DNA of 24,449 nt from the NCBI GenBank assembly GCA_029931905.1, contig JAOZRH010000001.1, positions 92,782-117,230 on the forward strand, written 5' to 3'. A program made the translations under genes and the position numbers. Origin of the DNA: Fidelibacterota bacterium. GTDB lineage: Bacteria > Fidelibacterota > Fidelibacteria > Fidelibacterales > Fidelibacteraceae. Every line of letters starts with the position of its first letter. The stretch's first letter is position 1. Below are positions 22,516 through 24,449 of this stretch, piece by piece. The notes under the pieces are model-generated. The model saw only the letters and a program-made list of their open reading frames with translations, was not told the DNA's origin and searched no databases.

Positions 22516-22544
22516 TTGACAAATAGTATAAATGTGTGTAGGTT
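22516..22544 (+). promoter_or_regulatory. Promoter, TTGACAAA family (TTGACA-17 nt-TAGGTT with TGTG extension)
   Basis: cTTGACAAATAGTATAAATGTGTGTAGGTT. Confidence 0.6.
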
Positions 22545-22586
22545 AGTATAGTTTTTAACAATGACAAATTTTAAAGGAAATGAATT

Positions 22587-22922
22587 ATGTTGAATTGGAA
22601 AAAGAAATTAGAGCAGGGAAAAAGACGGCTATCACAGGGACTTGATGTAGCAATGGATGCTGCAAGTGGTGCCAAGGATCAAATTGAAAAGGTATCTGAT
22701 AAGGTTGTTGCTGGTGCCAAAGATCTCAAAGAATCTACATCTGACAAATTTAATGAATTGAAATCTGGTGCAGTAAATGAATATAAAATCTTCAAAGGTT
22801 CAATTTCAGAATGTGAAGAAGTCTTGAATGCACTTGAAGCTGCTGATGATGATTTCGAAGTTGTTGGTACTTGCTCCATTGGTGCTGATGATATGGCAGT
22901 TACTATTAAATTGAAAGGTTAA
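22587..22922 (+). CDS. Hypothetical protein (111 aa)
   Basis: AAGGAAA RBS. Intact ORF, TAA stop. Confidence 0.55.
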   Translation: MLNWKKKLEQGKRRLSQGLDVAMDAASGAKDQIEKVSDKVVAGAKDLKESTSDKFNELKSGAVNEYKIFKGSISECEEVLNALEAADDDFEVVGTCSIGADDMAVTIKLKG

Positions 22923-22946
22923 TTAACCAACCTATAGGAATTTATC

Positions 22947-23150
22947 ATGGCTAAAAAAGTTCTTAATATTACATGCAATTTGTGTGATGACACAAAAGAA
23001 TTAATTATATATGAAGAAGACTATCAACGGTTTCAGGCGGGGACTAAGGTACAACTTGCATTCCCATATCTATCTGCTGATGATAGAGAATTATTAATAT
23101 CGGGCACGTGTGGTGAATGTTTTGATAAACTTTTTGGAGAAAAAGGGTAA
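22947..23150 (+). CDS. Small Cys4 zinc-binding-like protein (67 aa)
   Basis: CNLC...CGEC pairs. TAGGAA RBS. TAA stop. Confidence 0.55.
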   Translation: MAKKVLNITCNLCDDTKELIIYEEDYQRFQAGTKVQLAFPYLSADDRELLISGTCGECFDKLFGEKG

Positions 23151-23155
23151 TTACT

Positions 23156-23572
23156 ATGGGTTGGTAGATATTTGGTAAGAAAAAAAAAGTAGAACCTAAG
23201 TATTATAAAATAAGTGAAGAAAAAGTAACCAATATTATTGATAAGTCATTTGGTAGAATTGTTAATAAGTTTATAATAGATGGTGAATATATAGCATTGA
23301 CCGAATTGGAAATGAAAAATATGTTATATAAAGATAAAACAAATTTAAATAAATATATTAAAGATTTTTATGACTGCGACGATTTTGCATTTGATTTAAT
23401 GAAAGTATTTCAAAAGTATGCCTTTGGTGTTGCATTCATAATGAATAAAGATGGGGGCAGACATGCGGTTAATGTTTAGATCGATCCCATTAATGGAATT
23501 GCAAGATTAATTGAACCACAAACCGATGGTTGGTTTACAGATTATAAATTTGTTTATTTCATTTTAATATAA
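23156..23572 (+). CDS. Cys/His (papain- or transglutaminase-like) fold protein with 2 in-frame TAG codons
   Basis: ATG at 23156 is in frame with ORF 23297-23479. TAG at 23165 (codon 4) and 23477. TAA stop at 23570. DCDDFAFDL ... GGRHAVNV*IDP ... IEPQTDGW resembles the Cys...His...Asp arrangement of BTLCP-like peptidases. Confidence 0.6.
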
Positions 23573-23585
23573 GGAGATTCATAAA

Positions 23586-23990
23586 TTGGATTCAAAACAA
23601 GTAATTTTAGTACGAACAGATTTAAATATGCCAGTTGGTAAGATTGCTGCACAAGTTGCACATGCATCAATGTTAATTCTTCTTAATAAGATGGATAATG
23701 AACGTAAATCTGGATTAATCACACGTACATTATATCTTCATGATAATACACCAATGGAACATTGGATTCAAGGTGGTTCGTTCACTAAAATTGTATTAGC
23801 GGTTCCTACAGAAGATGAAATGATGAACCTTCATTATAAAGCAAAAACATCTGATGTCCCAACCTGCGTTATTACAGACGAAGGACGAACATGCTTTAAT
23901 GACAGAGCAACCAATACATGTGTTGCTATTGGACCTTCTCGGATAGATATCATTGATAAATTAACTGGACATTTAAAATTATTAAAATAA
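23586..23990 (+). CDS. Peptidyl-tRNA hydrolase, PTH2 family
   Basis: AAGGAG RBS 8 nt before a TTG start. KQVILVRTDLNMPVGKIAAQVAHAS...KIVLAV...ITDEGRTCF...TCVAIGP...GHLKLL matches the PTH2 signature. Confidence 0.8.
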   Translation: MDSKQVILVRTDLNMPVGKIAAQVAHASMLILLNKMDNERKSGLITRTLYLHDNTPMEHWIQGGSFTKIVLAVPTEDEMMNLHYKAKTSDVPTCVITDEGRTCFNDRATNTCVAIGPSRIDIIDKLTGHLKLLK

Positions 23991-23993
23991 CAT

Positions 23994-24022
23994 TTGATAA
24001 ATAGTATAACTTAGTTTATATT
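23994..24022 (+). promoter_or_regulatory. Promoter, TTGACAAA family variant (TTGATA-17 nt-TATATT)
   Basis: tTTGATAAATAGTATAACTTAGTTTATATT. Confidence 0.5.
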
Positions 24023-24070
24023 AATCGTCCATATCGAATAAACAATTTTTAACAAAAAGGAAGTAGATTT

Positions 24071-24449
24071 ATGAAACGTATTAATTGGAATGTATCAGCA
24101 CTCATAATGTTTGTATTGGCACTGTTTATGTTTACACCGGCATTTGCTGGCGATGCAACGGTTGCAACTGGGGGTAAAGGTGGATTTTACCATAATGGAC
24201 TCTTTAATTATTTCAGTGCAGCAGTAAATCGTGTAAGTGACGGTGATCTTGAACTTGAACGGTCCCATGATAAAGGTACTGATGGCACCATTCATAATGT
24301 TAAACTGGTTGCCAAAGGATCTGATAATGATGGTGCAGACCTTGCATTTATTCAGTTGGGTGGATATGTCCTGAATCCAGATGATAACATTGAGGTGCTT
24401 GGTACCGTTATGTGGGAACTTGGTCACCTTGTGGCACCTAAAGGTTCTC
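24071..24449 (+). CDS. Secreted protein, 3'-partial; N-terminus resembles TAXI/TRAP-type periplasmic solute-binding proteins
   Basis: AAAGGAAG RBS. Signal-peptide-like MKRINWNVSALIMFVLALFMFTPAFA. The segment TGGKGGFYHNG...KGSDNDGADLAFIQ resembles the TGG.GG.Y...G...G..DLAF.Q pattern of TAXI proteins. The frame is open to the window end. Confidence 0.6.
   Translation, partial: MKRINWNVSALIMFVLALFMFTPAFAGDATVATGGKGGFYHNGLFNYFSAAVNRVSDGDLELERSHDKGTDGTIHNVKLVAKGSDNDGADLAFIQLGGYVLNPDDNIEVLGTVMWELGHLVAPKGS

Noticed and set aside
24095-24427. Minus-strand 110-aa ORF at the window end.
   Set aside because: The + strand frame from ATG 24071 has an RBS, a promoter, a signal peptide and recognisable domain-like sequence. 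The antisense ORF is Cys/Ile-rich with no features.

Overview
AT-rich segment in which every convincing gene is on the + strand. It looks like part of a large tailed-phage genome. Contents, left to right: (1) A replication and nucleotide-metabolism block. It holds a 5'-partial family B DNA polymerase with an intein at motif B, the anaerobic RNR activase NrdG, and a 1987-codon NrdD carrying four inteins. (2) A structural block dominated by a ~1027-codon collagen-like fibre gene. This gene is only continuous if seven in-frame TAG codons are translated. Three further genes also need TAG read-through (14 TAG codons in four genes), and no convincing gene here ends in TAG. This indicates amber stop-codon reassignment. 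(3) A tRNA island with eight tRNAs, all with encoded CCA: Gly-UCC, Met-CAU with an initiator-like C1/A72 mismatch, Lys-UUU, Glu-UUC, Thr-UGU, Gln-UUG, an odd long-variable-arm His-GUG, and a second CAU tRNA. It also holds one degenerate tRNA-like element, small ORFs, two HNH endonucleases, and a recurring TTGACAAAT-type promoter. (4) The most unusual feature is five tandem copies of a ~70-90 nt structured RNA motif at 19507-19952. Its helices are supported by compensatory base changes. The array sits between a promoter and a 693-aa protein with a TerD-like C-terminal domain. (5) A PTH2-type peptidyl-tRNA hydrolase, a Cys/His peptidase-like gene and a 3'-partial secreted solute-binding-like protein. 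I found no tRNA with a CUA anticodon in this window, so the amino acid inserted at TAG cannot be settled here.
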